Shown here: piece by piece, positions 49,490-59,287 of the stretch
How positions within the stretch are numbered: position 1 is the first letter of the stretch
How the letters are laid out: every line of letters starts with the position of its first letter
From: Acidobacteriota bacterium
GTDB lineage: Bacteria > Acidobacteriota > UBA890 > WLXD01
DNA length: 64,000 bases
Assembly (NCBI GenBank): GCA_965248695.1
Contig: CBDFKD010000002.1
Coordinates: 4,896,001 to 4,960,000, forward strand
Direction of reading: 5' to 3'
Made by a program: the position numbers and the translations under genes
The notes under the pieces: generated by a model
What the model saw: only the letters and a program-made list of their open reading frames with translations
Database searches by the model: none
What the model was told of the DNA's origin: nothing

Positions 49490-49542
49490 GTGCGGACCTG
49501 AGAGACGACCCGCTCCATTTCGACAGCACCCGACTCGGTGCC

Positions 49543-50613
49543 ATGGTGCTGGCGGCCGGCAAGGCTCTTCGCCTGCGACCCCTGACCGATGATCGTGCCA
49601 AGGCCGTAGTGCTGTTCCTCAACCGGCCGTTGCTGGACTACACGCTCGACTGGCTGCGCCGCTGCGGTTTCGAGCAGGTGTGGATCAACCTGCATCACCA
49701 GGCCGAGTCGATCACCGCCACGTACGGCCACCGAGCCTTTGGCATGAAGGTCCGCTATAGCGCCGAGGAGCGGCTTCTCGGCACCGCCGGAGGGCCGCGT
49801 CGTGTCCTCGACCAGCTCGCACCCACGACCCTGCTGGTGAACGGCGACACGGTCTCGTCGCTGGCGCTCGGTCCTTTGTTGCAGTTGCACCGGCGGGGCG
49901 CCCTGGCCACCCTGGGTCTTTACCGCGGCGATTCGGCGCAGGGCTATCCCACCGTGACCGCGAGCGCTGACGGTCGATTGCTGGCGTTCCCCGACGACCC
50001 GCTGCCGGCAGCGGAAAGGACCGTGCGGGGCGTGTTCACCGGCGTCCATCTGGTCGAGCGCGAGGTGCTGGAATCTCTCCCGGTCGACGAGCCTCTGGGA
50101 ATGGTCGATCCGGTGTACCGGTCGCTGATGCGCGCCGACCTGCCGGTGCACGCTCTCCCGGTTGCCGGCAGCTGGTACGAGGCCGGCGACCCGGGCCGCT
50201 ATATCGACGCCCAGCTCGCGGCACTGGAGTGCGGTCACGCGTCGCTCGGATACGCGCAGGCGAAGCGCCTCGACAGCGGTGGCTATGTCAGTCCCGACAC
50301 CCACCTGGAGAACGTCAGGCTGGAGCCGCCGTTCCTGGTTGGCGCCGGCGCGCGCCTCAAGCATGGCGCCGTGCTGAGGCGCGTCGTGGTGGCCGATCTG
50401 TGTCGCATCGAAAGTGGCAGCCGGGTGGTCGAGTGCGTTCTCTGGAAGGGCTGCAATGTGGGGCCTCGATGTCGACTGCAGCGCGTGGTGGTCCTCGACG
50501 GCGTGGCCGTGCCGGCTGGCACCGAAGCCCAGAACGCGGTCTTCACGCACGAAGGGATGGTTCCGTTCGACACCGCAACCGTCACAGCCGCGCCGACGCC
50601 CGACGGGCCGTGA
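49543..50613 (+). CDS. Sugar-1-phosphate nucleotidyltransferase (MurU-like) with C-terminal hexapeptide-like repeats
   Basis: VLAAG..LRLRPLT, INLHH, LGTAGG, VNGD; adjacent to an AmgK-like kinase. The true start may lie upstream. Confidence 0.8.
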   Translation: MVLAAGKALRLRPLTDDRAKAVVLFLNRPLLDYTLDWLRRCGFEQVWINLHHQAESITATYGHRAFGMKVRYSAEERLLGTAGGPRRVLDQLAPTTLLVNGDTVSSLALGPLLQLHRRGALATLGLYRGDSAQGYPTVTASADGRLLAFPDDPLPAAERTVRGVFTGVHLVEREVLESLPVDEPLGMVDPVYRSLMRADLPVHALPVAGSWYEAGDPGRYIDAQLAALECGHASLGYAQAKRLDSGGYVSPDTHLENVRLEPPFLVGAGARLKHGAVLRRVVVADLCRIESGSRVVECVLWKGCNVGPRCRLQRVVVLDGVAVPAGTEAQNAVFTHEGMVPFDTATVTAAPTPDGP

Positions 50614-51620
50614 ACGATCAGGACGTCGGTACGAGGCTGGCTGCGGACGGGGTCCTGGAGGGGCTGTCGATACCGCCGAGCGCTCGGCTGCAGCAGCTGA
50701 CCGGACATGCCTCCGCTCGGCGGTTCTTTCGGGTGACCGCGGGGGCGGTGTCGACGGTTCTGGTGGCGTATCCGGTCGATGACCCGAGCGGTCCGCGGCG
50801 CTACGTCGATACGGCAGCGTTCCTCCGTCGCGCCGGCGTCCTGGTGCCTACTGTGCATGCGGTCGGGGCTCGGGCGCTCGTCGTCCAGGACGGCGGCGAC
50901 GAGTTGCTTGACTGCGTTCCGCCCGGGCGCCAGCCGCGGCTCTACCGACAGGCGGCGCGCATCATGCTGCGTTTGCAACGCCAGGGACGGCGAGAGGTCC
51001 CACCCAATCCGGATCTGAGCCTTGACGCCACGCGCCTACGCCAGGAGCTGGATTTCGCCGAGCAGCATGCACTCGCCGGATGGCTCGGGATAGACGACGG
51101 TAGGGACGGGCGAGAACGCTTCTACGACCGCTTGGTGTCGGAGATCGAACGGCTGCCACAAGCGCTGTGTCACCGTGATTACCACGCCCGCAACCTGCTG
51201 ATGGTCGGTGATCGTCTGATGGTGCTCGATTTTCAGGACATCATGCAGGGCCCGTTGTTCTACGATCTCGCCTCGCTGGTGTGGGACAACTACTGCGATC
51301 TGGAAGCCTCGGTGGCCACGGAAACCGTGGCGAGCTTCTGGTCGGGGAGCCGTTGCCGGCTCGAAGCGTCCGCGGCGGCGGAGATACCGGATCGACCGGC
51401 CGGCCTGCCTCCGGTGGCGCGCCAGGCGTTTTGTCTGGTCGGTTTACAGCGCTGCCTCAAAGCGCTTGGCACGTTCGCCTATCAGGTGACCGTTGCCGGT
51501 AACGCCGACTATGCGCGCTACGCGCCGCGAACCTGGCGGCACGCCCGAGCGGCTCTGGTGGCACTGGGTTGGGGCGAGGACTTGCGTCGGCTGGAGGCCT
51601 TCGAGCGGGTTCCGGCGTGA
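50610..51620 (+). CDS. APH-fold phosphotransferase, AmgK-like anomeric MurNAc/GlcNAc kinase
   Basis: GHASARRFFR, HRDYHARNL, LDFQD, YDLASL, QRCLKALGTF; GTG start overlapping the upstream stop. Confidence 0.78.
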   Translation: MNDQDVGTRLAADGVLEGLSIPPSARLQQLTGHASARRFFRVTAGAVSTVLVAYPVDDPSGPRRYVDTAAFLRRAGVLVPTVHAVGARALVVQDGGDELLDCVPPGRQPRLYRQAARIMLRLQRQGRREVPPNPDLSLDATRLRQELDFAEQHALAGWLGIDDGRDGRERFYDRLVSEIERLPQALCHRDYHARNLLMVGDRLMVLDFQDIMQGPLFYDLASLVWDNYCDLEASVATETVASFWSGSRCRLEASAAAEIPDRPAGLPPVARQAFCLVGLQRCLKALGTFAYQVTVAGNADYARYAPRTWRHARAALVALGWGEDLRRLEAFERVPA

Positions 51621-51680
51621 CTTGCACCAGGTGCGACGGTACCTTCTTCGCCACCACCATCTACTGACGGAGCCAACGCC

Positions 51681-52976
51681 TTGCCACCGTTCGTATACGT
51701 CGAGGATCTCGCTGCTCACGTCGGCTCTGACGTACGTCTCCGCGGCTGGCTGTACAACAAGCGCTCCAGCGGGAAGATCGCGTTTCTCCAGGTTCGCGAT
51801 GGCACCGGCGTCGTGCAAGCGGTTGCCGTCCGCGGCAAGGTAGGCGAGCCGCTGTGGGAGCAAATCGATGCGCTCGGTCAGGAATCGTCGATCATCCTCA
51901 CTGGACAGGCAAAAGCAGACGAGCGGGCTCTGGGCGGCGTCGAGATCGGGTTGGCCGCCATTGACGTCGTCCAGTCAGTGCATGACTACCCGATCACACC
52001 CAAGGAGCACGGCATCGAGTTCTTAATGGATCGGCGGCACCTCTGGCTGCGTTCCTCGCAGCAACACGCCATTCTGCGCGTGCGGAGCAAGCTGGAGAAG
52101 CTGTGCCGCGACTACTTTCACGATCGTGGTTTCACGCTTATCGACAGCCCGGTGCTGACGCCGCTTTCGGTCGAGGGCACCACGAGCCTGTTCGAGACCG
52201 ACTACTTCGGACGACCGGCCTACCTCACGCAGAGTGGCCAGCTGTATCAGGAGGCCGGGGCGATGGCCCACGGCAAGGTGTTCTGCTTCGGCCCCACGTT
52301 CCGGGCTGAGAAATCCAAGACCCGTCGGCACTTGACGGAGTTCTGGATGCTGGAGCCCGAGGTGGCGTACGCCGACCTCGAGGAGATCATGGACCTGGCA
52401 GAGGACTTCATCGTCACGGTGGTGCAGCAGGCGCTGACGACGTGTGCCGGCGAGCTGACATCGCTCGAGCGCGATACGCAAGGATTGGAGGCGGTCCTCA
52501 GCCCGTTTCCGCGCGTCCACTACGACGAGGCGGTGCAGATTCTCCAGGACGCCGGCGAGGAGTTCGAATGGGGCAGTGACTTCGGGGGTGGCCACGAGAC
52601 GATCATCTCGGCAGCCTACGATCGCCCGGTCTTCATCAATCGCTTTCCGGCCAAGATCAAGCCGTTCTATATGGAGCCGGACGCCGAGCGCCCGGACCTG
52701 GTCCTCGGCTGCGACATGATCGCTCCGGAAGGCTACGGCGAGCTCGTCGGCGGCGGCCAGCGGATTCACGATCCGGAGCTGCTCGAAGCTCGCCTGCTCG
52801 AGCACGGGCTGCCGCTGGAGCCGTACGCGTGGTACAGCGATCTGCGACGCTACGGGACGGTGCCGCACTCGGGCTTCGGCATGGGGCTCGAACGCCTCGT
52901 GGCATGGGTCACCGGCCGACCTCATCTGCGCGAGACGATCCCGTTCCCCCGTATGCTGGGACGACTGGAGCCTTGA
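51681..52976 (+). CDS. asnS: Asparagine--tRNA ligase
   Basis: FLQVRDGTG, RHLWLRS, YLTQSGQLY, FRAEKSKTRRHLTEFW, PHSGFGMGLER. Confidence 0.93.
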   Translation: MPPFVYVEDLAAHVGSDVRLRGWLYNKRSSGKIAFLQVRDGTGVVQAVAVRGKVGEPLWEQIDALGQESSIILTGQAKADERALGGVEIGLAAIDVVQSVHDYPITPKEHGIEFLMDRRHLWLRSSQQHAILRVRSKLEKLCRDYFHDRGFTLIDSPVLTPLSVEGTTSLFETDYFGRPAYLTQSGQLYQEAGAMAHGKVFCFGPTFRAEKSKTRRHLTEFWMLEPEVAYADLEEIMDLAEDFIVTVVQQALTTCAGELTSLERDTQGLEAVLSPFPRVHYDEAVQILQDAGEEFEWGSDFGGGHETIISAAYDRPVFINRFPAKIKPFYMEPDAERPDLVLGCDMIAPEGYGELVGGGQRIHDPELLEARLLEHGLPLEPYAWYSDLRRYGTVPHSGFGMGLERLVAWVTGRPHLRETIPFPRMLGRLEP

Positions 52977-53431
52977 GCGCGCTTGCTCACGGCTCGCGGT
53001 TTCTCACCAGTTGCGGCGGCATCGGTTTTCTCTGGCCGCCGGGAACCTGGGGATCGCTGCTGGGCCTCGTGCTTTTTGCACCGCTGCTCGCGCCCCGATC
53101 CATCGCCTTCCAATCGGCGGCGACGGTGATGGTGATCGTTGTCGGATCGCTGGCCGCATCCCACGTGAGTCGAGTCGTGGGAACGGAAGACCCGTCCGAG
53201 GTAGTTATCGATGAGCTGGCCGGCATGTGGGTCGGGCTGCTCGGCACCAGCGGGTGGGTACCCGGGGTGCTGGCGTTCATCCTCTTCCGCTTCTTCGATA
53301 TCGCCAAACCGTTCCCGGTGCGCCAGGCCGAGGCGTTGCCCGCAGGCTGGGGCATCATGGCCGACGATGTGCTCGCCGGGCTCTACACGCTCGTGCTGGT
53401 ACAGCTGGCCACGCCATGGCTTCCGATCTGA
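52973..53431 (+). CDS. pgpA: Phosphatidylglycerophosphatase A
   Basis: PGTWGSL, DPSEVVIDE, FRFFDIAKP, GIMADD; TTG start at 52973. Confidence 0.93.
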   Translation: MSALAHGSRFLTSCGGIGFLWPPGTWGSLLGLVLFAPLLAPRSIAFQSAATVMVIVVGSLAASHVSRVVGTEDPSEVVIDELAGMWVGLLGTSGWVPGVLAFILFRFFDIAKPFPVRQAEALPAGWGIMADDVLAGLYTLVLVQLATPWLPI

Positions 53432-53934
53432 CCGACGTCGATGCGCTCGCGGGGAGCGTGGTTGCCATGCTGACGGCGGGCGGCGAGACGGTGGCGCTGG
53501 TGGAGTCGTGCACCGGCGGCGAGGTGGGTGCCGCCCTGACCCGTACTCCGGGGGCGTCGGCGTGCTTCTGGGGATCTGTAGTGGCCTACTCGGGCGACGC
53601 CAAGCACCTGCTGGTGGGCATCACCATCGAGGCCCTCGATGCGCAGGGCACGGTCTCTGAGGCCACCACGAACGACCTGGCGGAGCGCGTCCGAGGGCTG
53701 GCGCGCAGCACCTACGGCGCTGCGGTTACCGGCTGGGCAGGCCCGCAAACCGACGGCCCTGATCCGGTGGGAACGGTGTACGTCGCGGTTTCAGCAGCTC
53801 ATGGCGTCTGGGCGCGACGCTGCGTATACGATGGCGACCGTGCCGCCGTACGCCAGGCTGCAACGATCTGCCTGTTGCAGGGCATCCTTGAAGTGGCCGG
53901 GCCCGATCACCGCACCGCGCCCCTGCAGGAGTAG
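53416..53934 (+). CDS. cinA: CinA C-terminal domain protein (NMN amidohydrolase, PncC-like)
   Basis: ESCTGG, PGASACF, VAYS..AK, VTGWAGP, PVGTVY; lacks the N-terminal MoCF domain. Confidence 0.82.
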   Translation: MASDLTDVDALAGSVVAMLTAGGETVALVESCTGGEVGAALTRTPGASACFWGSVVAYSGDAKHLLVGITIEALDAQGTVSEATTNDLAERVRGLARSTYGAAVTGWAGPQTDGPDPVGTVYVAVSAAHGVWARRCVYDGDRAAVRQAATICLLQGILEVAGPDHRTAPLQE

Positions 53935-53936
53935 CC

Positions 53937-54536
53937 GTGGAGACAGCTTTGGTGGCCTTTCTTTCCGGATTCGCTGTCGGCAGCGTTCCGTTCGGGCTGC
54001 TGCTGGTGCGCGGCCTCGGCCGCGGCGATATCCGCTCGGTCGGCAGTGGCAACATTGGCGCCACCAACGTTGGTCGCCTCCTGGGGCCTGCCGGCTGGGC
54101 CACGACGCTGGCGGCTGACGCAGGCAAGGGGGCGGCGGGCGTATTGCTCGGCGGCATGCTGGCATCGGCTGGCCCGGTGCCGGGTGTGGCGGGTGCCGTG
54201 GGTGCCGTACTCGGACATTGCTTTCCGCCTTGGCTGCGCGGCCGTGGTGGCAAGGGCGTGGCGACGATGTTCGGCGCCTTCGGGGTGCTCAGCCCAGTGG
54301 CGACACTGATGGCGCTGGCGGCCTTCGGACTCGTGGCCGCCTGGTTCCGAACCGTGTCGATGGCGTCGCTGAGTGCCGCCGTGCTCCTGCCGGTCGCCAG
54401 CTGGCTCGTGAATGACCCCGTCGCCGTGGTCGCCGGTGCCGCCGTCGTTGCCCTGGTGGTGGTGTGGCGCCATCGTGGCAACATCGTGCGGCTTCGCGCT
54501 GGCAGCGAGGCGCGGGTCGGGGGCGGGCAACCATGA
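53937..54536 (+). CDS. plsY: Glycerol-3-phosphate acyltransferase
   Basis: GSVPFG, GSGNIGATN, DAGKG, GHCFP, GGKGVAT, RHRGNIVRL. Confidence 0.95.
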   Translation: METALVAFLSGFAVGSVPFGLLLVRGLGRGDIRSVGSGNIGATNVGRLLGPAGWATTLAADAGKGAAGVLLGGMLASAGPVPGVAGAVGAVLGHCFPPWLRGRGGKGVATMFGAFGVLSPVATLMALAAFGLVAAWFRTVSMASLSAAVLLPVASWLVNDPVAVVAGAAVVALVVVWRHRGNIVRLRAGSEARVGGGQP

Positions 54537-55558
54537 CCAGGGCCAATGCGACGCGGGCCGCGACCGTTGCCGTCGTAGGGGCGGGCTCCTGGGGAACGGC
54601 GCTGGCTATTCACGCTGCCACGGCCGGACACGACGTCGTTCTCTGGGGGCACGACGCGGATCGAGTGGCCCGCATGGACAAGGAGCGCGAGAACGTAGCG
54701 TACCTGGCCGACATTCCGCTTCCGTTGAGTCTGAGAGTCTCTACCGACGCGCGGGTTACGTTGTCCGGCGCGGGGCTGGTGATCAGCGCCGTGCCATCCC
54801 GTTTCCTGCGCGATGTGTGGGCGCGTCTGGGACCCGACGTGGATTCGACGTCGCACCTGATCTCGGCCACCAAGGGGATTGAAGAGGACAGCGGTCTCCG
54901 CATGACACAGGTGCTCGAGGAGGTGATCCCGGGCTCCGTGCGGTCGCTGTCGTCGCTGTCCGGCCCGTCATTCGCGCGCGAGCTCGCCGAGGGGCAGCCT
55001 ACTGCCGTGGCCCTTGGCTGCACCGATGCGGCGGCCGCCCGCGAGGTGCAGGCAGCGCTCAGCTTCGGCCCGTTGCGTGTGTATCGCAACCCCGACCTCA
55101 TCGGCGTCGAGATCGCCGGCGCGCTGAAGAACGTCATCGCGTTGGCGGCGGGGATCGTCGCCGGTCTCGGCCTCGGGTCGAACAGCAGCGCCGCGTTGAT
55201 CTGTCGCGGTCTGAAGGAGATGTCGGCCCTCGCCAACCAGCTTGGCGGGCGACCGGAGACGATGATGGGTCTGGCAGGTTTGGGCGATCTGGTGCTCACC
55301 TGTAACGGGCCCTTGAGCCGCAATCGCGGTGTCGGGGTGGCCATTGGCCGCGGTCAGAGTCTCGACTCGGCAACACGTGACATGACGATGGTCGCCGAGG
55401 GAGTCGCCACGACCCGCTCGGTGCGTCAAATTGCCCGCCGGCATGGGGTGGAGATGCCGATCACGGAGCAGGTCTATCAAGTGCTGTACGGCGACAAGCC
55501 GGCACGGCAGGCGATCGAGGAGCTGCTCGCGCGCGCCCTGGTAGAGGAGTGGGGCTAG
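54533..55558 (+). CDS. gpsA: NAD(P)H-dependent glycerol-3-phosphate dehydrogenase
   Basis: GAGSWGTALA, TKGIE, SGPSFA, GALKNV, GLGDLVLTC, SRN. Confidence 0.95.
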   Translation: MTRANATRAATVAVVGAGSWGTALAIHAATAGHDVVLWGHDADRVARMDKERENVAYLADIPLPLSLRVSTDARVTLSGAGLVISAVPSRFLRDVWARLGPDVDSTSHLISATKGIEEDSGLRMTQVLEEVIPGSVRSLSSLSGPSFARELAEGQPTAVALGCTDAAAAREVQAALSFGPLRVYRNPDLIGVEIAGALKNVIALAAGIVAGLGLGSNSSAALICRGLKEMSALANQLGGRPETMMGLAGLGDLVLTCNGPLSRNRGVGVAIGRGQSLDSATRDMTMVAEGVATTRSVRQIARRHGVEMPITEQVYQVLYGDKPARQAIEELLARALVEEWG

Positions 55559-55560
55559 CG

Positions 55561-55569
55561 TGCTACGAT
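55561..55569 (+). promoter_or_regulatory. Putative extended -10 promoter (TGcTACGAT)
   Basis: TGnTAnnnT just after the gpsA stop and upstream of the TPR gene. Confidence 0.4.
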
Positions 55570-55626
55570 CTTGGGGATTGCCGGGGGGCTGTCAGGTTCT
55601 GTATGTACACTCGTCGGGGGACGCGC

Positions 55627-56427
55627 ATGCTCCGGATCGTTGCCTTTGCGCTCTTGCTTCACAGTCTGATCGGCGTACCGGTTGTCCCGGCTCAGCGCGC
55701 CATCGACCCCTTGATCTCCAACAGTGAGGATCCGACCGAGCTGCAGCAGCTGGCGGTCCAGTTCATTGCCAACAACCAGCCCAGACAAGCGCTGGCAGCA
55801 TTGCGCAAGTCGGTCGGGATCTATTCGGAGAACGCCGAGTCGCACATGTGGCTCGGAGTGGTCTATACGCAGCTCGACGAGTTCGATGCCGCCGAAGCGG
55901 AGTACCGCGCCGCCTTACAGATCAACCCGCTGCTCACCGAGACGCACAACTGGTTCGGTGTGCATTGGGCTCGGCGAGGTGATCTGGCGCATGCGATCGA
56001 GCAGTATCGCGCCGCCTTGGACGACCCGGCCTTCCCGCGCATCTCGCGTGCCCGCGTGCTGGTGAATCTGGGCAACGTCTATCTCCAGCAAGGCGATGTG
56101 GAAGCGGCGATTCCGGCTTTCAGCGAGGCGACACGCGCGTCGGTACCCTCTAGCGATCCCTTGTTTGCGCTGATGCACATGTCGCTCGCCGACGCGTTGA
56201 TCAAGAACGGGCGCCCTCGCGAGGCGCTCGGAGCGTTGGGGAATCTCGGCGTCCTGCCATCGTCGCCGCGTGGGGAGCTACTGCGAGGGCTGGCGTTCCG
56301 GGACCTCGGCACCAACGCCGAGGCAGTGGATCACCTGCAGGAAGTACTGCGCATGGCGCCCGGCAGTGAGCTCGCCGAACAGGCGCTGGAGATCCTTCGC
56401 CAGCTGCAAAGCGCAGGATCCAACTGA
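55627..56427 (+). CDS. Exported tetratricopeptide-repeat protein (PilF/PilW-like)
   Basis: Signal-peptide-like N-terminus; TPR repeats such as SHMWLGVVY...AEAEYRAALQINP and VLVNLGNVY. Confidence 0.75.
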   Translation: MLRIVAFALLLHSLIGVPVVPAQRAIDPLISNSEDPTELQQLAVQFIANNQPRQALAALRKSVGIYSENAESHMWLGVVYTQLDEFDAAEAEYRAALQINPLLTETHNWFGVHWARRGDLAHAIEQYRAALDDPAFPRISRARVLVNLGNVYLQQGDVEAAIPAFSEATRASVPSSDPLFALMHMSLADALIKNGRPREALGALGNLGVLPSSPRGELLRGLAFRDLGTNAEAVDHLQEVLRMAPGSELAEQALEILRQLQSAGSN

Positions 56428-56498
56428 ATCCTGCGGGCGGCGAAAGTGCCCTTTGTTGATCTCGCTAGCATCTCCCTCCCACGAACGTCACCACGCCT

Positions 56499-57407
56499 AT
56501 GACCAGGGGCAGTAGCTTCCTGATCCGTTCGCTCCGCAACAGCCGCGCCCGGTTGGCGTCGGCGATCGGGCGTCTGGTGCCAGGTGGCGGGCTCACAGAG
56601 CACGATATCGCGCTGCTGGAGGAAGCACTCATCGGTGCCGATGTCGCTGTCGAGATGGTTGAAGATCTCCTGCAGGCGGTGCGCGGCGCTCAAACCGATC
56701 CTGGCGCGGCACGCGCGGCGCTCGCCGCGGCGATGATCGAGGTGCTCGACGTCGCCGCGCGAGGCAAGCAGGTGCCCACCGCCCATCCGCTCGTCGTGCT
56801 CCTGGTCGGCGTCAACGGGTCCGGCAAGACCACCACCGCTGCCAAGCTCGCTAGCTGGTATCTGGCGCGCGGGAAGACACCGATTCTCGGAGCGGCCGAT
56901 ACGTTCCGGGCTGCCGCCGTGGAGCAGCTGCGCACGTGGGGACAGCGGCTCGATGTGCGGGTCGTGGCGCACGCGCAGGGCGGCGACCCGGCCGCGGTAG
57001 CCTTCGATACCTGCGAGGCGGCGGTAGCCGGCGACGCCGACGTCGCCATCATCGACACCGCCGGCCGGCTGCAAACGCACGACAACTTGATGTTGGAGCT
57101 CGACAAGATTCGAAGGGTCATTGCGCGGGTAGTCGATGGTGCGCCCCACGAGATACTCCTGGTGCTCGATGGCACTACGGGGCAGAACGGCCTACGCCAG
57201 GCGGAGCAGTTTCTGAGCCACGCCGGTGTTACCGGGCTGGTCCTCGCCAAGCTCGACGGCACCGCCAAGGGCGGTGTGGCGCTGACGATCGCCCGCCGTC
57301 TGGAGCTGCCAATCCGGTTCGTCGGCACGGGCGAGAAGGCCGAGGACCTCGCGAGTTTCGATGCCGCCGGTTATGTTGAAGCGCTCATCGGAGGCCCCGA
57401 CGAATGA
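56499..57407 (+). CDS. ftsY: Signal recognition particle receptor
   Basis: GVNGSGKTTT, DTFRAAA, DTAGR, DGTTGQNG, KLDGTAKGG. Confidence 0.96.
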   Translation: MTRGSSFLIRSLRNSRARLASAIGRLVPGGGLTEHDIALLEEALIGADVAVEMVEDLLQAVRGAQTDPGAARAALAAAMIEVLDVAARGKQVPTAHPLVVLLVGVNGSGKTTTAAKLASWYLARGKTPILGAADTFRAAAVEQLRTWGQRLDVRVVAHAQGGDPAAVAFDTCEAAVAGDADVAIIDTAGRLQTHDNLMLELDKIRRVIARVVDGAPHEILLVLDGTTGQNGLRQAEQFLSHAGVTGLVLAKLDGTAKGGVALTIARRLELPIRFVGTGEKAEDLASFDAAGYVEALIGGPDE

Positions 57408-58540
57408 GCGATCGATCGGCTACCCATGGCGACGAACATCTGGCCTATGTCCAGGAGTGCCTCGAGCTTGCCGCCCAGGCGCGCGGCGACACTGGCCCCA
57501 ACCCCCTCGTCGGCGCCGTGGTGGTCGACAACGGCGAGATCGTCGGTCGCGGTTATCACCGCCGCTGCGGGGACGCCCACGCGGAGCAGGTGGCACTGGC
57601 GCAGGCGGGGGCTGCGGCGCGCGGCGCGACCCTTTACACGAACGTGGAACCCTGTTGCCACCAAGGCCGCACACCGCCCTGCGTCGATACCATTATCGCG
57701 GCTGGCATTCGCGCGGTGGTGTCGTCGCATCGCGATCCGGATGATCGCGTCGACGGACGCGGCTTCGAGGCTTTGCGAGCCGCCGGCGTGGACACCACGA
57801 TCGGTCCGTTGGCGACGGAGGCCGCGGAGCTCAACGCTGCCTATTTGAAGCTCAAGCGCACCGGGAGACCGCTCGTTATTGCCAAGGCGGCGTTGTCGTT
57901 GGATGGTCGCATGGCCACCAGGACGATGGCCTCGCAGTGGATCACCGGCGAGGAAGCGCGAAGCTTCACGCACGGCATTCGTAGCACCGTCGACGCGGTG
58001 CTCGTTGGCATCGGCACGCTGCTGCACGACGATCCGCGACTTACCGCGCGGGCACCGGGCGCTCACCAGCCCCGCTATCGCGGGGTCGTCGATGCGCGTC
58101 TGGACACCCCGCCTGCCGCCCGGCTGCTGCAGGAGTGCGTCGGGGCGCCGCTGGTGATTACCAGCGCGTCGGCCGATGCGGATCGGCGCCAGCGACTCGA
58201 AGCGCAGGGCGCGCAGGTGATCGATGCGAACGAGATGCCCTCGGGCCGCATCGACCTCGACGACATGCTGCTTCGGCTCGGTGCGCTCGACGTGGCCTCG
58301 GTCTTGGTGGAGGGGGGGAGCGCCTTGCTCACCAGCGCTTTCGAGCTTGGTATAATCGACAAAGTGGTGCTGTTCTACGCTCCGCTATTGATCGGGGGGC
58401 AAGAGGCGCTCCCGCTTTGGGGCGGCGATGGCATCGACCAGCTTGCGTCCGCTCCTCGGGTACAGCGAGTTCGCCTGCACCGACTCGGTTCCGATTGGGC
58501 GATCGAAGGGTATCTGCGGCCGCCCGAGGTGCCCGCTTAG
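57404..58540 (+). CDS. ribD: Riboflavin biosynthesis deaminase/reductase
   Basis: PNPLVGAV, HAE, EPCCHQGRTPPC, SLDG, SQWIT, VEGG. Confidence 0.95.
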   Translation: MSDRSATHGDEHLAYVQECLELAAQARGDTGPNPLVGAVVVDNGEIVGRGYHRRCGDAHAEQVALAQAGAAARGATLYTNVEPCCHQGRTPPCVDTIIAAGIRAVVSSHRDPDDRVDGRGFEALRAAGVDTTIGPLATEAAELNAAYLKLKRTGRPLVIAKAALSLDGRMATRTMASQWITGEEARSFTHGIRSTVDAVLVGIGTLLHDDPRLTARAPGAHQPRYRGVVDARLDTPPAARLLQECVGAPLVITSASADADRRQRLEAQGAQVIDANEMPSGRIDLDDMLLRLGALDVASVLVEGGSALLTSAFELGIIDKVVLFYAPLLIGGQEALPLWGGDGIDQLASAPRVQRVRLHRLGSDWAIEGYLRPPEVPA

Positions 58541-58604
58541 CACCACAGATCCCCCCTCTTTTCCGGTGCCACCTACTTGAGTGGCTCCCGGGACCCTGGC
58601 GCCC

Positions 58605-59243
58605 ATGTTTACCGGTCTGGTTGAAGAAGTCGGTACCGTCGTAGGCATCGATCCCTTGCCGCGGGGATCGCGCCTTCGTATCGCAGCCGCGGGCGTGCTC
58701 CATGACCTGGCCCAGGGAGAAAGCATCGCGGTGGACGGCGTCTGTTTGACGGCGCTGGACATCGACTCGACCGGGTTTGGGGCGGATGTTTCCCCCGAGA
58801 CCATCGCCCGCTGCAACGTGTCGCAGTATCGGATTGGCACGGAGGTGAACCTCGAGCGTGCGCTGCGGGTTGGTCAGCGCCTCGGTGGCCATTTCGTCCA
58901 AGGGCACGTCGATGGCGTTTGCCGCGTTTTGACCTCTAGTGACGAGGACGACTTCATCCGCCTCACCTTCGAGATTCCCGACGGATTGCGCGGCTACCTC
59001 GTCTCGAAAGGTTCCGTATCGCTAAACGGGGTATCGTTGACCGTTGCCAGCCTTCAAGAGCGCTCGTTCGATGTACAACTGGTACCGCATACGCTCGAGC
59101 GCACCAACCTCACGTCCGAGGACCGTTGCGAGACGCTCAACCTCGAGGTCGACATGCTGGGCAAGTACGTCGCCCAGCTGCTCGAGCATAGCCGCGCACC
59201 TGGTCTGACCGCCGAGGGCACGGAACGCCCGGGCGCAGGATAA
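58605..59243 (+). CDS. ribE: Riboflavin synthase (alpha chain)
   Basis: MFTGL N-terminus, [33 protein letters not shown]. Confidence 0.95.
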   Translation: MFTGLVEEVGTVVGIDPLPRGSRLRIAAAGVLHDLAQGESIAVDGVCLTALDIDSTGFGADVSPETIARCNVSQYRIGTEVNLERALRVGQRLGGHFVQGHVDGVCRVLTSSDEDDFIRLTFEIPDGLRGYLVSKGSVSLNGVSLTVASLQERSFDVQLVPHTLERTNLTSEDRCETLNLEVDMLGKYVAQLLEHSRAPGLTAEGTERPGAG

Positions 59244-59287
59244 CCAAGACAGACGCTCTGGCGCTGTCGAACGGAAAGACGCTCCGA

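Noticed and set aside
58541-58604. FMN riboswitch before riboflavin synthase
   Set aside because: Only 64 nt, far too short, and no RFN consensus; just a small GCCAC/GTGGC hairpin.
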